Source of the DNA: Rhina ancylostomus
Taxonomy: Eukaryota
Assembly: GCA_030265395.1 (NCBI GenBank)
Contig: JARFYF010000052.1
Span: forward strand, 109,406,423 to 109,470,148
DNA: 63,726 nucleotides
Reading direction: 5' to 3'
In this document: positions 38,481 to 51,790 of the stretch, one piece after another
How positions within the stretch are numbered: position 1 is the stretch's first letter
How the letters are laid out: each line of letters opens with the position of its first letter
Notes under the pieces: model-generated
The model's input: the letters and a program-made list of their open reading frames with translations, nothing else
The model's database searches: none
What the model was told of the DNA's origin: nothing
Made by a program: the position numbers and the translations under genes

Positions 38481-41400
38481 TAGAAGTGTACTAGAAGTGT
38501 ACTAGGTGTTTAACTATTCGCTTTGTAAACAGTAATTTTATTATCTAGTGGCAATAAAATTTGTACTGAATTAATTGTATTAAAATCTCAATGATGTTCA
38601 CATTGTCCTCATCAGGCAGCTTTGTATCAATTCTGTAAGAACACTCAATAGTCCAGAAAGGGGGGAAAAAAAAATCAAGTCTCTAAATTCCACAAAATTT
38701 CAAACTATTAATCATAACTGCAACAAATAATGACGGCAACTTGAACAAAATTTTAAGTGGCATAACTAGGCATTAATGTTGGCTTTGCAGTTAAGCCTTA
38801 AGGATTTAAGAATTGCCCCAAAATATGCATAGTGGTTATCCATGTGTTACAACTATATATAGTTTTCATGTGAAATAACTCACATCTTAAACCCATGTTC
38901 TTTGATTCTGATTTTTTCTCTTTTTTTTGCATTATCTTCCTTTATTAAAATGTACACTGTTCTTTATACATCAATGTCCATTTGTGCGATGTTAAAAGTA
39001 TATGAAAAATCAGTATTTCAAAAATATCCATTTCTCTCTTTTCATTTACATGTGTTGCAATGTTTTTGTTAAATATTTAGGCACTTCACCAAATACCTCA
39101 ACATTAGCTGTTAACATGAAGAATGGAATATAAATATTATTAGTGACTGTGGTGTGTAGTAGCTACTATGTCTCCAATTTTCTTCTGCCAACTGAAATGC
39201 TAAATTTATTCATATAATCTGACCAATTTTCAAAACAAATGTTGAAAAGCAATTCTGATATACTAACTGCTATAGGTCAAACTTAAAACAGCAGTGGGAA
39301 AAATACAAGTGTGCAAATGATTTAATCATTTTAGTTTTACAGAGTGCCTTTTAATAATAAAATTGAAAATGGAATAAAACTGTAAGCAGCATATTCAACA
39401 CAAAGCTGAACAGAAATTGAATATAATTTTGACTGCCAGCATCTAAACCTAACTGTATTTTTACCCCTTTCAAAGTAAGACAAAGGAATACAATTTAATT
39501 CTACATGCAAAACAAAATTATTCACCTTATTTCAGAATTTGAAAAAAGAAACAATACCGTTACCCCAATTTTCCCATGATGTATAAAAAGTCAGATAGAT
39601 TGCTTCTAGTAACATTAAGAAAATAGCCCTGTCGGTATACACCAACTTGCATCCCTGAACTACTGAGAGAAAGTGATGTAAACTAGCTTTTTCTCCTCAC
39701 GTCCCTTGCAAGAATATTTAGTAAACTTCTAATAAAGAGCTTCCATGAAGGGCAGTTACATATGTAACATGCATACAGTTTTCTACTTCCTTGTTAAAGC
39801 AAATGACTCAGGTCAAGTTTATTTTATTAAGAGACATGAATATCTACAATCACAAAGTTAAAAAAAAGCTCTGCTTCTAGTAAGTGAAACTTGCAATTTG
39901 ACACCACTGAAAAACAACTTAACCACAATTTAAATATTGATGGCATATATATACAAAATGGGGGAAATAAATTGTAGATTCATGACAATTCATGACCTGG
40001 ATTCTATAAGCAATTCTAAGATATCTTAGCAATGAACCTAATGAAAAATTTGGTACACTTTCTTACTGACTGTGAGGAAGTGGCAAAAATTGTTCTGCCC
40101 TTGACCCAATGGTATGAACGTTTCTGTTTGAAGGGTCTGACTGGGGCCTTGATCCTGCAGTTTGGGTCTTTGACACTAGAGGCCCTTCATGAACTGCTTA
40201 ATTATTAAAACTCTTTCCAAAGATAATAATCCAGAACTACAGTATTTTAGTTTGTCCCACAGGTCCCATGGATTGCACATTAAGGCTTGCAACAGGTGCT
40301 GAATTACGAAAAGCATAATCTGGATCTCTGATCTATGAAACTTTCCATTTCTGTTTTGTGTACTCTGGTCATCATCATTAGAACTTTATTTAAAGGCATG
40401 GTTATACTTCTAATGCAGAAAAACTTCAAGGCAAAGCTTCATCCCCATACTTTTGCAGACAAATTCAAACCAGCTGCACACTTTTACTGAAATCAATATA
40501 ATTTTCAGCAGCTGTTCCCCAAACTAATGTTTTTAAGCACAGAAAATAGTAAGTGTGTGAACCTCAGAATATCTTATTTTTCTCCCCCAAAGCCTTCTTA
40601 TAAATTGACAATTGCTGGCAGCTTGCTCACTATGGCACTATATTACACAGTATTCCTGTACAGAAGGATCCGAATCTCAAATCTACAGAATTACTTGAAT
40701 CTTATTCACCTCAATAGGTGATCATTGCCTGCAATGTTTCACAGACAGTAGGATTAAAAAAATGGATTAGTTTCTGTGCAAAGGCAACTGCAATACCGGT
40801 CAAAAGAGAATAATGGCAGCTAAGTGGAAATACATTAAAAATCGAGAGGAGAGGAAAATAATGGATGATATGATATTTAATGCCTAGCAATGGCAGAGAC
40901 TGAAATTCAAAAACAAAATTGGTTTCTGACTAAATTTGAAACACATTTCATGAACAATTCCTATGTTTAAATATATTTTGAGGAATGGAACTAGCTGGAA
41001 TTTCCCCACATAAATACCAGCAAGTTCAGGACTTCCAATGCACAATATCTGAACTTGTTGCAGAATCTTGCCAGAAAGTCTATCATTATGTTTTGCTGTA
41101 GGACACCACAGGGTTAGGAACATTCAGAACAACTGAAAAAAAAATGACAGTTTTGATACATGGCAAAAGTAAGGAAATATCTATCACCTTTCAAAGATAT
41201 TGACAGTTATTTTGAGGATGGGGGCTTGTTCTGGACTGTCCACATTTATCAGCACTCCAAGTCTCACCAACTAGATGTAAATGTTCTCAACCAGCAAGAT
41301 CATCCTTATTGAGAGGGATAGGCTAGGAGTAGGCTAATTGTATACTCAGCAAAATCTGGGCCATAAATTCTGCTATTCCATTTTACAACAAAAATTGCCA

Positions 41401-41779
41401 ATATAAACTTGCCACCATGCAATGACGCCATTTTTTCAGTGGTGGCAATGTCTCATCAACCTCTCAGTCTGCATTGCATGAAATTGCTCAAAACAGTTCT
41501 TCCTAAATGCCTATAAAGATTCTGTACTTAACAGTAAACAATATCAAAACAATGTTTTAATACAAGAAGGAATGTATGAATTTAATTGGGAATTGGGCGA
41601 GAGGGGTCTGCTTGTTTAGAATGGTTTGCATGAACGTCCCACAAAATTTAACTGCATGGCTCCCATATATTTTTCCTCAGTGAGTCTCCCATCAACAGAC
41701 AGCTAGGTTGACAAGCTGGAGGTTTACAGGAAGTCTTCTAAGGCACTTCACAGGAGTGTTACCAAGCCACATAACAAGA

Positions 41780-42960
41780 CATTTGGGCAGACGATTGAAA
41801 GCTTGGTTAAAAAGGTATCTGGTAGGTTTTAAGGAGCTTTTTAAACAGGAAGAGATGGAAATAGCAAAGTGGAGATGTGTAAGGAAGGAACTTTAGAGCT
41901 TACAGCCTTAGCAGCTGTAGGCACATCTGCCGATATTGGGACATTTAAAATTAGAATACACAAGCAACAACATTGGGAATACACAATTAGGAAGGGGTGG
42001 TTCTCTGGAAGGATTTGAAAATCACAGAGAATGTTAAGATCAAGCTGCTACTTAAGTGGGAGCTTATATAGTTCAATAAGCACAGGGACGATGGGTGAAG
42101 ATGATTTGGTACAAGTTCAGATATTTGCAGCAAGGTTTTGGATAACCTCAAATATAAAGAAGGTAGAATGAGTAGAAAGGGTCAGAGGATGCATGGGAAT
42201 AACAGAGTCTAAAGGTAACAAAGCACAGATGAAGGATTCAGCAGCAGCAAGCTGGGGCAGAAGTGAGGTCAAACCATCTAATGAAGGTGAAATTTGGTGC
42301 TCTTATTGATGTGGTCTAAATCTCATTGCAGGGTCAAGTAAGACACCACAAGAAGAGAAGCCATTTGTGTTAATCTTTAGATACACAACAATGGTATCAG
42401 TCCTTGGGGTCTCGCAAATTGGATGGCAGTGGTGAAGTGTTGGAGGATAATGATGTGGTCAGCTTTGTCAAAGGATGCAGACAGGTCAAGGAGGATTAAG
42501 AGGGATGGATTATCTTTTTTTTAAAACAGATTTACAGGATGTCATTTGGTTAGAGCTCTTGGAGAAGTGTGGCAGGGACAAAAATCTGAGCAGAGGATTC
42601 AAACTCATGAGTTCCAGGAAAGATGAACACAGGCTTGGGAGGTAACAGTACACACTCAAACACTATGGAGAGAAAAGGGATGGTCAAAACTCTGTCACTT
42701 TCAAGGACAGAGTGGTCAAATGTATTTTATTTTGAGGGCAGAAACAATGTTAACAGCATGTTAACAGAAACAACTCAACACCGTGAGTTAACATGATGAT
42801 AAGGAAAGTTGTGAGGTTACAAGACAATTTAAAGAACACTTTGGTATGGGGTTTGGCAGGGAAAGTGATGGCAGATTTACTTGGCAGTTTGTTGGGATTG
42901 GAAGAATTACACTTGATCCTGCTAGCTTGTAAACAGGGATTAAAAAAATGTGGCACACCA
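41780..42960 (-). mobile_element. Decayed L2-clade LINE
   Basis: Minus strand ctccttgacctgtctgcatcctttgacaaagctgaccac encodes LLDLSASFDKADH (L2 RT motif LLDLSAAFDTVDH), within a purine-rich plus-strand tract. Confidence 0.7.
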
Positions 42961-43951
42961 TAATTTCTCTGGGGCAATTAGCAATGCACCATAAAAGTTA
43001 CCTCAAAGACTCATCTTGCAAATGAACAAAAATCTAGCCAATTTTGTTTGTTAATTAAAAAAAGCTCATTTTAAATTTATGAGTAAAATGAAGGATTTTG
43101 TGTGGGAGATAGCCAAGAATTTGAGAGGGAAATGCATTTCTTTATGTAAGTGACGGCAATCTCAGGATTTCTCTGCAGATATCTGGGGGATATGCCAGTG
43201 CCAAACCAGCTGGCTCTCCCCTACCAGTTTTATCCCAACTGCATGTTCCACATTGGACTCAGAGTCCAGCAGTGGAGTGAAGGTGTGACAGGACCCGACC
43301 ATTTATGCTGGAGAATCTGCCAGGTTGGATCAAGTGCAGGAACATGGACTCCATTTACAGGAGTGGAAAGGAGCAATGTATTAGGCAATTTACATTTTTT
43401 AAAAAAATAACCGAGTTACATTTTTAAGTTTGCTTTTAAAGTGTTAAGCGTTCACATGCTTCAAAAATTTTTTAATGGCTTCTTTGACTTTTATAAACTT
43501 TTTGCATATCTTTGAACAACATGATTTTTGAAACATTCAGAAACATTCTCAGAAACTAAGCTGGTTAACCAATGGACAAGATTTAGTTAACTGTCAAAGT
43601 TTTTGTTTCCCCCAACTGTTTTGTAGACAAGACCTGCACTGCCCACAGTACTGTCCCACTGCCCTTTCGACCTTATAACAGCAATTCACAGATCAAGGGA
43701 TGAGGACCAGGACAGGTTTGGTTAAGAAGTGATACAATCAATATATATGTATAAAAGGTGAGTTTGTGCATGCCATATAGGCCAATGGTAAGTACAAGTG
43801 GTTTCCTGCTGGCTGAAAATTCTGTGCTGAAACTTTGTTCTTGCATTACTGCAGTCAAAGCTTGAATACATGAAACACCTATTGAAAGATAAACCACACC
43901 AAAAAAAAAAATCACAGAAACAGAATTTTGTATTATTTTTCCTTTACTTAC

Positions 43952-44119
43952 TGTTGGGGTTTTCTCCAACACTGTGGTTTTTCCCATTCCAGTACCAGAG
44001 AAGTAGAGTTGCATCTCGTGACCCTGACAGGATATAGCAGTCACCTCCAATATACGACTCAGATCTGGCTAAACAGGTTACAACATCCCAGTGTCCAAAA
44101 ATCACCTGAGTGAGTTTAC
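43952..44119 (-). CDS. LRBA: LRBA internal coding exon (WD40 region), 168 bp
   Basis: Minus-strand translation (G)KLTQVIFGHWDVVTCLARSESYIGGDCYILSGSRDATLLLWYWNGKNHSVGENPN(T). Acceptor tttctctctag, donor gtaagt, phase 1/1. Not in the ORF track in this frame. Confidence 0.96.
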
Positions 44120-47100
44120 CTAGAGAGAAATTGAAGAAATTGCCATTAACTCAATTTCAGCTGAATCTATTGCATTTCATCACTCACTAATGAAATATTA
44201 TTTTATTCAACCAATATTCTTTAGCATGTCACTTACAGGTAATGGATTTAATATTTTCAATATATTTCTTATTAACATTCACATCATATATAAATTATTA
44301 GAATAATAGATCTTCTATTACCCTAATAGATTCCACATATAGAAAGTCAGAGCTAATAAGTTTTGGGAGGAAAATCAAACAACTGGAGTAGAAAGCAGAA
44401 AAGGATGAGATAATAAATTTTCAAGTACATAGCTCTTTGATTTTGGGAGATTGAAAAGATCTGCAGCATTTTAGTTCCATTTCAGTGCAATGATTATAGC
44501 AGGTAAATATACCTTAGCAATGACATCTGTAAAATAAATGTTCTTCCAATTAGAAAAGGATAACACTCCACTGATGTCACATCAATTTTACTGTGGTCAG
44601 AATCTGCAGAATGTTTTGTAAAGGCAACAAATAGACAACATCTTGACTATTAAGTGGACAATGCATTTTTTGAGAGTGGGAAGTAGGAAATGCTTTCTTT
44701 TATGTTATTTTGACTTCCTCACTTATTGCTCTCTATCCTATCTGCACATTATTTACCCTCCAGGAAAATAACAGGCAAATAGTTTCAACTGCCCATGATT
44801 CTCCCATTCCATCCCTCCACAGCCACTGCCACCTCCACCCCCAGCTTCCAGAGATGACAGATGAGAGCATGTGCCAATCTAGCAAAGCATGAAGATCTGT
44901 GGTTTTCTTTCCTCCTCTGGTGAATCGCTCTACCCTAATTGGTGTCCCTTGTAGTCTTTGAATCGGTTTGTGGAGATTAAGATATCCAATTCACATTTAA
45001 CATATTATGTTTAGCAGAAGAATAATCATTAACCATTCCTTTGCCCAAAAGTCTTTTATCCATTATCTTCAACGAGTTCAATGGCATCCACTCATTTTCA
45101 GAACCTTGCAAAATTCAAAATNNNNNNNNNNNNNNNNNNNNNNNNNNNNNNNNNNNNNNNNNNNNNNNNNNNNNNNNNNNNNNNNNNNNNGAATGATTTC
45201 AATCCAATCAGGATGTAGAAGAGTGCCCTGCACAGGAATACATATCATTGCACACATGTATTCACTTAAATGCTACATATGATTTGTATATAACTTTAAA
45301 AAGACCAGTCTGGAATGTACATGCCTAATAATAACCTCAAAGGTTTTACAATAGAAATGTTTGAAGTAGAACACTAAGAATCTAGCAATGATCATTTCAA
45401 ATGCTGACAAGAAGCACTGGTGATGTTTAAACAAAGGCACCAATATGCCAAATTATGCTGGACCAATGCCTAAATGATTATTTGATGCCTTCCATTAAAA
45501 ACATTAGATGGTAACCTAGGCAATGGCACTAGTTGCCACTAAACAGAGAACCCTATATTTAAGCATACATTCATTAATGTTGTAGTGGATTTATCTATAG
45601 GGCTACAATCCACATCTATACTGTATATTTGATATCAAGTAACATTGCCTCACATTTGTAGATTTATCGTGAGAATATACCATTCACAATAATTATGTGG
45701 CCTCATTTAATGGAGGTAATCTTTACAATTCTAAAGATACTGCAAGCCTAGAGTTCTGAGAGTCTTGACAGCTGCTATCAGAGTAGGGGCCTACTAAATG
45801 CTCAGTGAGCTCTGTAAAAAGGGAGAGTTTTCCCAAAACAAAACTATAATTGAATATAGCAGGATTGCAAGAGTCTTGCTGCTTTCGTCCTGTTTGTGGT
45901 ATATTTGAGTGAACTTACTGAATATTTAGAGTTCACTGATATAGAACTAGTAATGGTAACGTGGAAAATAATTACATAAAAAATGTTCTTGTGAATTTCA
46001 AGTACTGAAAATACAACAGGATGTAAGGATGTATTGAAACATCAAGTGGAGCAATTTTCTACTGTAGTCCACAGTGTAAGAAGATAAAAAGCATTGCCAA
46101 TGATTATACAATTTTACTCTCAGCATGATATGTCTGGGCACATACAACTTTTGATTCAAGTTTTAGCTTATCAACCAATGGCTAGTATTCTTTTATGTTT
46201 AAAAAAGAGGCAACTTACTGACAAATTGAAATACTGTACTTAAAAATATATTACATATACCAGATTATGGGGACAATATTACTAGCGTAATATTACATGC
46301 AATTTAATAATTAAGAATACATCACATCAACACTTTGAAAATCAAGGCATCAGAGCATTTTACTCTGTTGGATATAATAGAAATTGACATACTCTTCATT
46401 TTTGGCTTTTGGCAAAAATACTTTTCATTCTCACGTTGCAAACTTATGAAATGTTTCTCAGGACATTTAAGTTCACTACCTTCAATCTATAATAACATTA
46501 CTTTTTGAACTTCAATAAAGATAATTTGGAAATGAATATATATTTTTTAGGAAAAGATAGCTTTATTCCAACACAAGCACAACAAATTACTCTATCCTCT
46601 GATATGAACTTGACATTCAATAATGCATTATCACTAACATATAGGACTGATTTAAAAGAATTTGTGCTCTCAGCATAGAGCAAAGGATATGCAGGAAACA
46701 AATTCAGGGGTGCAGATGTTAGTTTTTCAAATCAATAGAATATTTCAGGGGATTTCTCAATATAGCTTCCTGGTGAGCAAGGGTATGTATTGAGACTGAA
46801 GACTCATCAAGTTAATTACTGCCACTACTGTCTTCAGGGCTGCAGTTTCATTGGGATCTCTATGCAGTTTGCAATTTAACTCTGAAACTGCAGCTCCTTT
46901 TCTAGCTATCTATAAATATCTAGTTTGTACAATCATATTAAAGCATCATTTCCATAATACACCACAGCAACATTTGTATGTTGCTTTCAGTTTCATCCAA
47001 TTATCAAACATTGGAATTCATTTCAATAAGGGATGATTTATTTGGAACTGACTTTTTTGTTACATTACATAACACAATAGGCTGCATCATGCTAAACCAA

Positions 47101-47519
47101 GAAGTAACACTTAAAATAAAACTTTAAACATTATGCATTTAGAACATAAATTTAAAAGCAGAGCAAATCCTGAATAATACCTTCATGTGTCCTTTATTTT
47201 TGCTAGTTTGGTTTTGCATGTGGGCTATACCACCAGAGCCAAATTTATTGTTTTCAGTAGCTGGACTCATACACAATTTAGAGATTGTGATTGTAATTGT
47301 ATAAATGAGTAGCTCACCAGACTGCTTCAGATGGAATTAAAAATCAACTGCATATCATAGGATTGGATTCACATGCAGGACCAGAGCGTATTTGGTGGTG
47401 GTGGTCCATTCTGGTGCCTTGATAAACAAATTCAAACTGTATGAAAACCCACTTGTTCTGTTTCAGATGGACACTTCATTCTTATAACCTGCAGAGAACC
47501 TTGCCTGGCACCTTCAAAT

Positions 47520-49202
47520 GTTCCTATGCTGTCTTAGGCAATATCAATGTCATTCTGATTACATAGACACCCTTAGGGGCTCTTGTACCATTTTGCATGC
47601 CACTGAATGGAAAATCTTTGGGGCTGATTTCACCTCTTACAGTAATCAATGTTTAAGGTTCATATACTTGGATAGCTATTAGATTCTCTGGCTCATCATT
47701 TACCTGTGCGTAGACATGAGACAAGTTGCTGGGGCATTAAGAATTTGGCTCACCTGCAAACCAATCTTGAATTGTGGATACAGATACTGCATATCATCAG
47801 TGGCTCTTTTTAAAGTCACCTTTTAGTCCCTGGATAATCTCAGAATTTTACCTGCCTTGAAGATTACAACCAATGGGATTGCCAACTCACTGTATCAAAA
47901 CTGCTAAGGTGAAGAAATGTCATATCTGTACTGACAGTCCATTTTGTTCCATCTTTCACAGTTTTTCCTTCATCTGCTACTTAAGAACACAAGAAGCTAG
48001 TCTGAGTTGACAGTAAATAGGTTTTTCTTTCCAGTGACTGCAAATCTGAGCTTCATTTGAATCTGGTTGTTGCACAAGTCTTGTTTGTATTGTACCAAGA
48101 GTCTCTGTAAGCTTTTGGGTACTTCACCAACACAATGAATGAGATCCTAATTTAAAAAAAATGCAGTGCCTCTACATAGTCCCACCCTATCAGCAATGAG
48201 TTTTTTGACCATTTAGCCTCGATGACTGACAATTGCCCTTCAATGCCCTTGCACTGGACTGTCTCACCATGAATACTCTTGTAGAATGGTAATGATATTG
48301 ACCAATGGAGTTGTGCTGAATATTTGCTTCTAAGTTCATTAATGAGAGATTCAAACCTATGTCAATTATTATTTGTACGTGAAGATCATTTATGTTGACC
48401 ATGACTTCTTAATCATCAAGGTGCTGAAAGCACATATTGACCTCAGCAAATATTCAATTACTTCTCCCCTTATTTCCTGCCTAATTTGCTTTCTGCAGCC
48501 CAGTGCTATGAACATAGAAAGGGAAACCACCATCATTCTCACTAGAGGCCTATTCACAGATCCAACACGTTTCTGGGCAAAAGTGGCACACATTTTTAAG
48601 TTCCATCTATATACCTGTGGAAATGTAACATGCTCCCCTGTGCATCAAGCCTACAATGTGACTTCATCAACCAGTCCATGTAGTAACCAATCCTACAATG
48701 CCCTCTATTAGAGTCTGAAAATTATACTTTCTTTGCCATTTTTTTTAAACTGACAACATACCAACTTGCTTCTCCAGTCCTCTCTGCTTATGCCAAATCT
48801 TCGCAGTTCAAAGATTTCTGACAGCATTGGATTAAATGTCCTTTTAAATCTTCAACTGTACCTTAGTACAATACCTCTGCAGTGGTCCATGACACCACAG
48901 TAACCTCACAACTATTTTGAATGACTCTGCCAGCAGCTATATCAATTCCTTGTTCCACGCAGTCACGTTTCTCTGTTCCATGTCTTCTGCAACAATGGCA
49001 CTCACTAGCCCTAAAGTACATCTCCATTCTTACTAGATAAAGGGAAAACAGCTGGGTCGGCACATATTTTGAGGTCCCCAAAATACTGAATCTCTTGCCT
49101 GCATTTTAACTATTCTCCTCTCCACACATGCTCTATTTCAGAATTTTGCTTCCTTATTCCCTCATGCTAAAGGAAGCACCAACCCATCTTTGTCACCAAA
49201 TG
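47520..49202 (-). mobile_element. Fossil Ty3/Gypsy LTR retrotransposon (PBS, gag start, RT fragment)
   Basis: LTR-end CA, then TT, then PBS TGGTGACAAAGATGGG (49183-49198). Gag-like YLVRMEMYFRAS (about 49005-49040). RT-like SELAIPLVVIFKAGKILRLSRD*KVT (about 47815-47891). Confidence 0.7.
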
Positions 49203-50216
49203 TGCCTATGGGTTTCTTTAAAGCTGCTGCAATAACGACACATTCGGGCTGCGGCAGGGCTTAATCAAAATGCCCCCATTCAAGGAATCAACTAAGAACC
49301 AGAGTCTGGGCAGAACAATGTATCTGAATAAAGCAATTTGACATACTTCAATCCATCATGGCATAACAAATAAAGTGTAGCACTATTTCATTTCTAGGCC
49401 ATTCTATTTGGCAGGCTGTTGCAGAAATATCCACAAGAATATTCCTCTGATTGGCAAATGACTAACATTGTCAGATACAAATAGGACAGGGTGGGTGTTG
49501 CAAGTTGAATTTAGAGTATGATCTTTTTTTGGAGGGAGATCTGTATTGACAATTCAAAGCACCTTGGAGGACCACTCTTGAACTTCCATTGCCTTTCAGA
49601 CTGTGCTCCCTGCCTCTATGGTTGAGTGTCAATTTTCTGTGGTTTCCCAGAAGTTATACTGGGAAATCTGAATGCCAAATGTTTATCAAATGCATTCAAT
49701 TTCAATGGGCAGTAATGCTTCCAAGACAGCCAATTTTCAGATCATTTCCATTTTTTAAAAAATAAGTTACAAATGTATTAAATGTACTTAAATATTTTCT
49801 GGTGTTCTAATTNNNNNNNNNNATGTTAATTGTTTTTGAAGGTTTGTGAATTTCAATGTTTCTGACTGGAAGCATGGCTTACTCAGTTGTCAAAGATTCA
49901 CAGGACCTTGCTGATTAGGACTACTTCAGACACCTGACTGGTATGGTAGTCAGTCTTTATCCTCACAAAGGTCTCTATTATCTGTGTGTTATCCATCAGG
50001 GACCGTTTGCTCCATTATTATAAAACTAAAAGTGAGTTAAATCACATTAAGGTAAAGTTCAACATTGTTTTCTACAGCAGACATTAGAGCTGTTTCATTA
50101 CAAATAACAGAACTTATGGACAATTTGACACACAGCTCCATCAACAGCAATGCAAAATGCAATTGTCAATCAGCACAGGAACTAATTTTTTTCTTTCTTT
50201 AGTCCAATATGAAAAG

Positions 50217-51215
50217 NNNNNNNNNNNNNNNNNNNNNNNNNNNNNNNNNNNNNNNNNNNNNNNNNNNNNNNNNNNNNNNNNNNNNNNNNNNNNNNNNNNN
50301 NNNNNNNNNNNNNNNNNNNNNNNNNNNNNNNNNNNNNNNNNNNNNNNNNNNNNNNNNNNNNNNNNNNNNNNNNNNNNNNNNNNNNNNNNNNNNNNNNNNN
50401 NNNNNNNNNNNNNNNNNNNNNNNNNNNNNNNNNNNNNNNNNNNNNNNNNNNNNNNNNNNNNNNNNNNNNNNNNNNNNNNNNNNNNNNNNNNNNNNNNNNN
50501 NNNNNNNNNNNNNNNNNNNNNNNNNNNNNNNNNNNNNNNNNNNNNNNNNNNNNNNNNNNNNNNNNNNNNNNNNNNNNNNNNNNNNNNNNNNNNNNNNNNN
50601 NNNNNNNNNNNNNNNNNNNNNNNNNNNNNNNNNNNNNNNNNNNNNNNNNNNNNNNNNNNNNNNNNNNNNNNNNNNNNNNNNNNNNNNNNNNNNNNNNNNN
50701 NNNNNNNNNNNNNNNNNNNNNNNNNNNNNNNNNNNNNNNNNNNNNNNNNNNNNNNNNNNNNNNNNNNNNNNNNNNNNNNNNNNNNNNNNNNNNNNNNNNN
50801 NNNNNNNNNNNNNNNNNNNNNNNNNNNNNNNNNNNNNNNNNNNNNNNNNNNNNNNNNNNNNNNNNNNNNNNNNNNNNNNNNNNNNNNNNNNNNNNNNNNN
50901 NNNNNNNNNNNNNNNNNNNNNNNNNNNNNNNNNNNNNNNNNNNNNNNNNNNNNNNNNNNNNNNNNNNNNNNNNNNNNNNNNNNNNNNNNNNNNNNNNNNN
51001 NNNNNNNNNNNNNNNNNNNNNNNNNNNNNNNNNNNNNNNNNNNNNNNNNNNNNNNNNNNNNNNNNNNNNNNNNNNNNNNNNNNNNNNNNNNNNNNNNNNN
51101 NNNNNNNNNNNNNNNNNNNNNNNNNNNNNNNNNNNNNNNNNNNNNNNNNNNNNNNNNNNNNNNNNNNNNNNNNNNNNNNNNNNNNNNNNNNNNNNNNNNN
51201 NNNNNNNNNNNNNNN
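50217..51215. other. Assembly gap (~1 kb); other gaps near 4024, 8500, 9603, 10855, 20081 and 45122, plus several short ones
   Basis: Runs of N, most abutting repeat sequence. Confidence 0.99.
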
Positions 51216-51365
51216 CACTGAAATCCAGGAATATTCAATATCCATTCCTGCCCTGGTGACAGCCAAGTCTCTGCAAGAGCCACAATATCATAATCCCATG
51301 TACTTATCCAAGCTCTCAGTTCATCACTTGTATTCCTGATACTTCTTGAATTTAAAACAAACACT
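51216..51365 (-). mobile_element. CR1 ORF2 N-terminal APE endonuclease fragment
   Basis: LNSRSIRNTSDELRAWISTWDYDIVALAETWLSPGQEWILNIPGFQ. Runs into the ~1 kb gap, which probably holds more of the element. Confidence 0.88.
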
Positions 51366-51494
51366 ACCTCAAGATAGGAGCCAGACAAAAGTGTGGAATT
51401 AACAAAGAGAATATTTGTGGATCTATTTATTCATAATATTTTCTACTTTTATCTAAATTTGTTGCATTTACTTTCAACAATTATTTGTCATTAT

Positions 51495-51790
51495 AGCGTG
51501 GTAGTGTAGAGTTAGCATAATGCTATTACAGCGCCAGCAACCTGGGTTCAATTCTGGCCACTGTCTGTAAGGAGTTTGTACGTTCTCCCCATGACTGTGT
51601 GGGGTTCCTCCAGGTGCTTCAGTTTCCTCCCACATTCCAAAGCTGTACAGGTTAGGAGTTGTGGACATGCTATGTTGGTGCCAGAAGAGTGGCGACACTT
51701 GTGGGCTGCCCCCAGCACATTCTCAGTAATGCAAAAAGACACATTTCACTCTGTGTTTTGATGTACATGTGACTAATAAATAAATAACTT
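51495..51790 (+). mobile_element. tRNA-derived V-SINE, near full length
   Basis: Same family as 2786-3072, ending gtgactaataaataaataa. Confidence 0.88.

Noticed and set aside
13696-44119. Calling the gene NBEA
   Set aside because: The C-terminal [26 protein letters not shown] and SRDGQYL motifs favour LRBA.
50141-51388. 350-415 aa ORFs, and similar X-filled ORFs at 9.5, 10.8 and 20 kb
   Set aside because: Their length comes from N runs. Only the CR1 endonuclease and Penelope fragments within them are meaningful.
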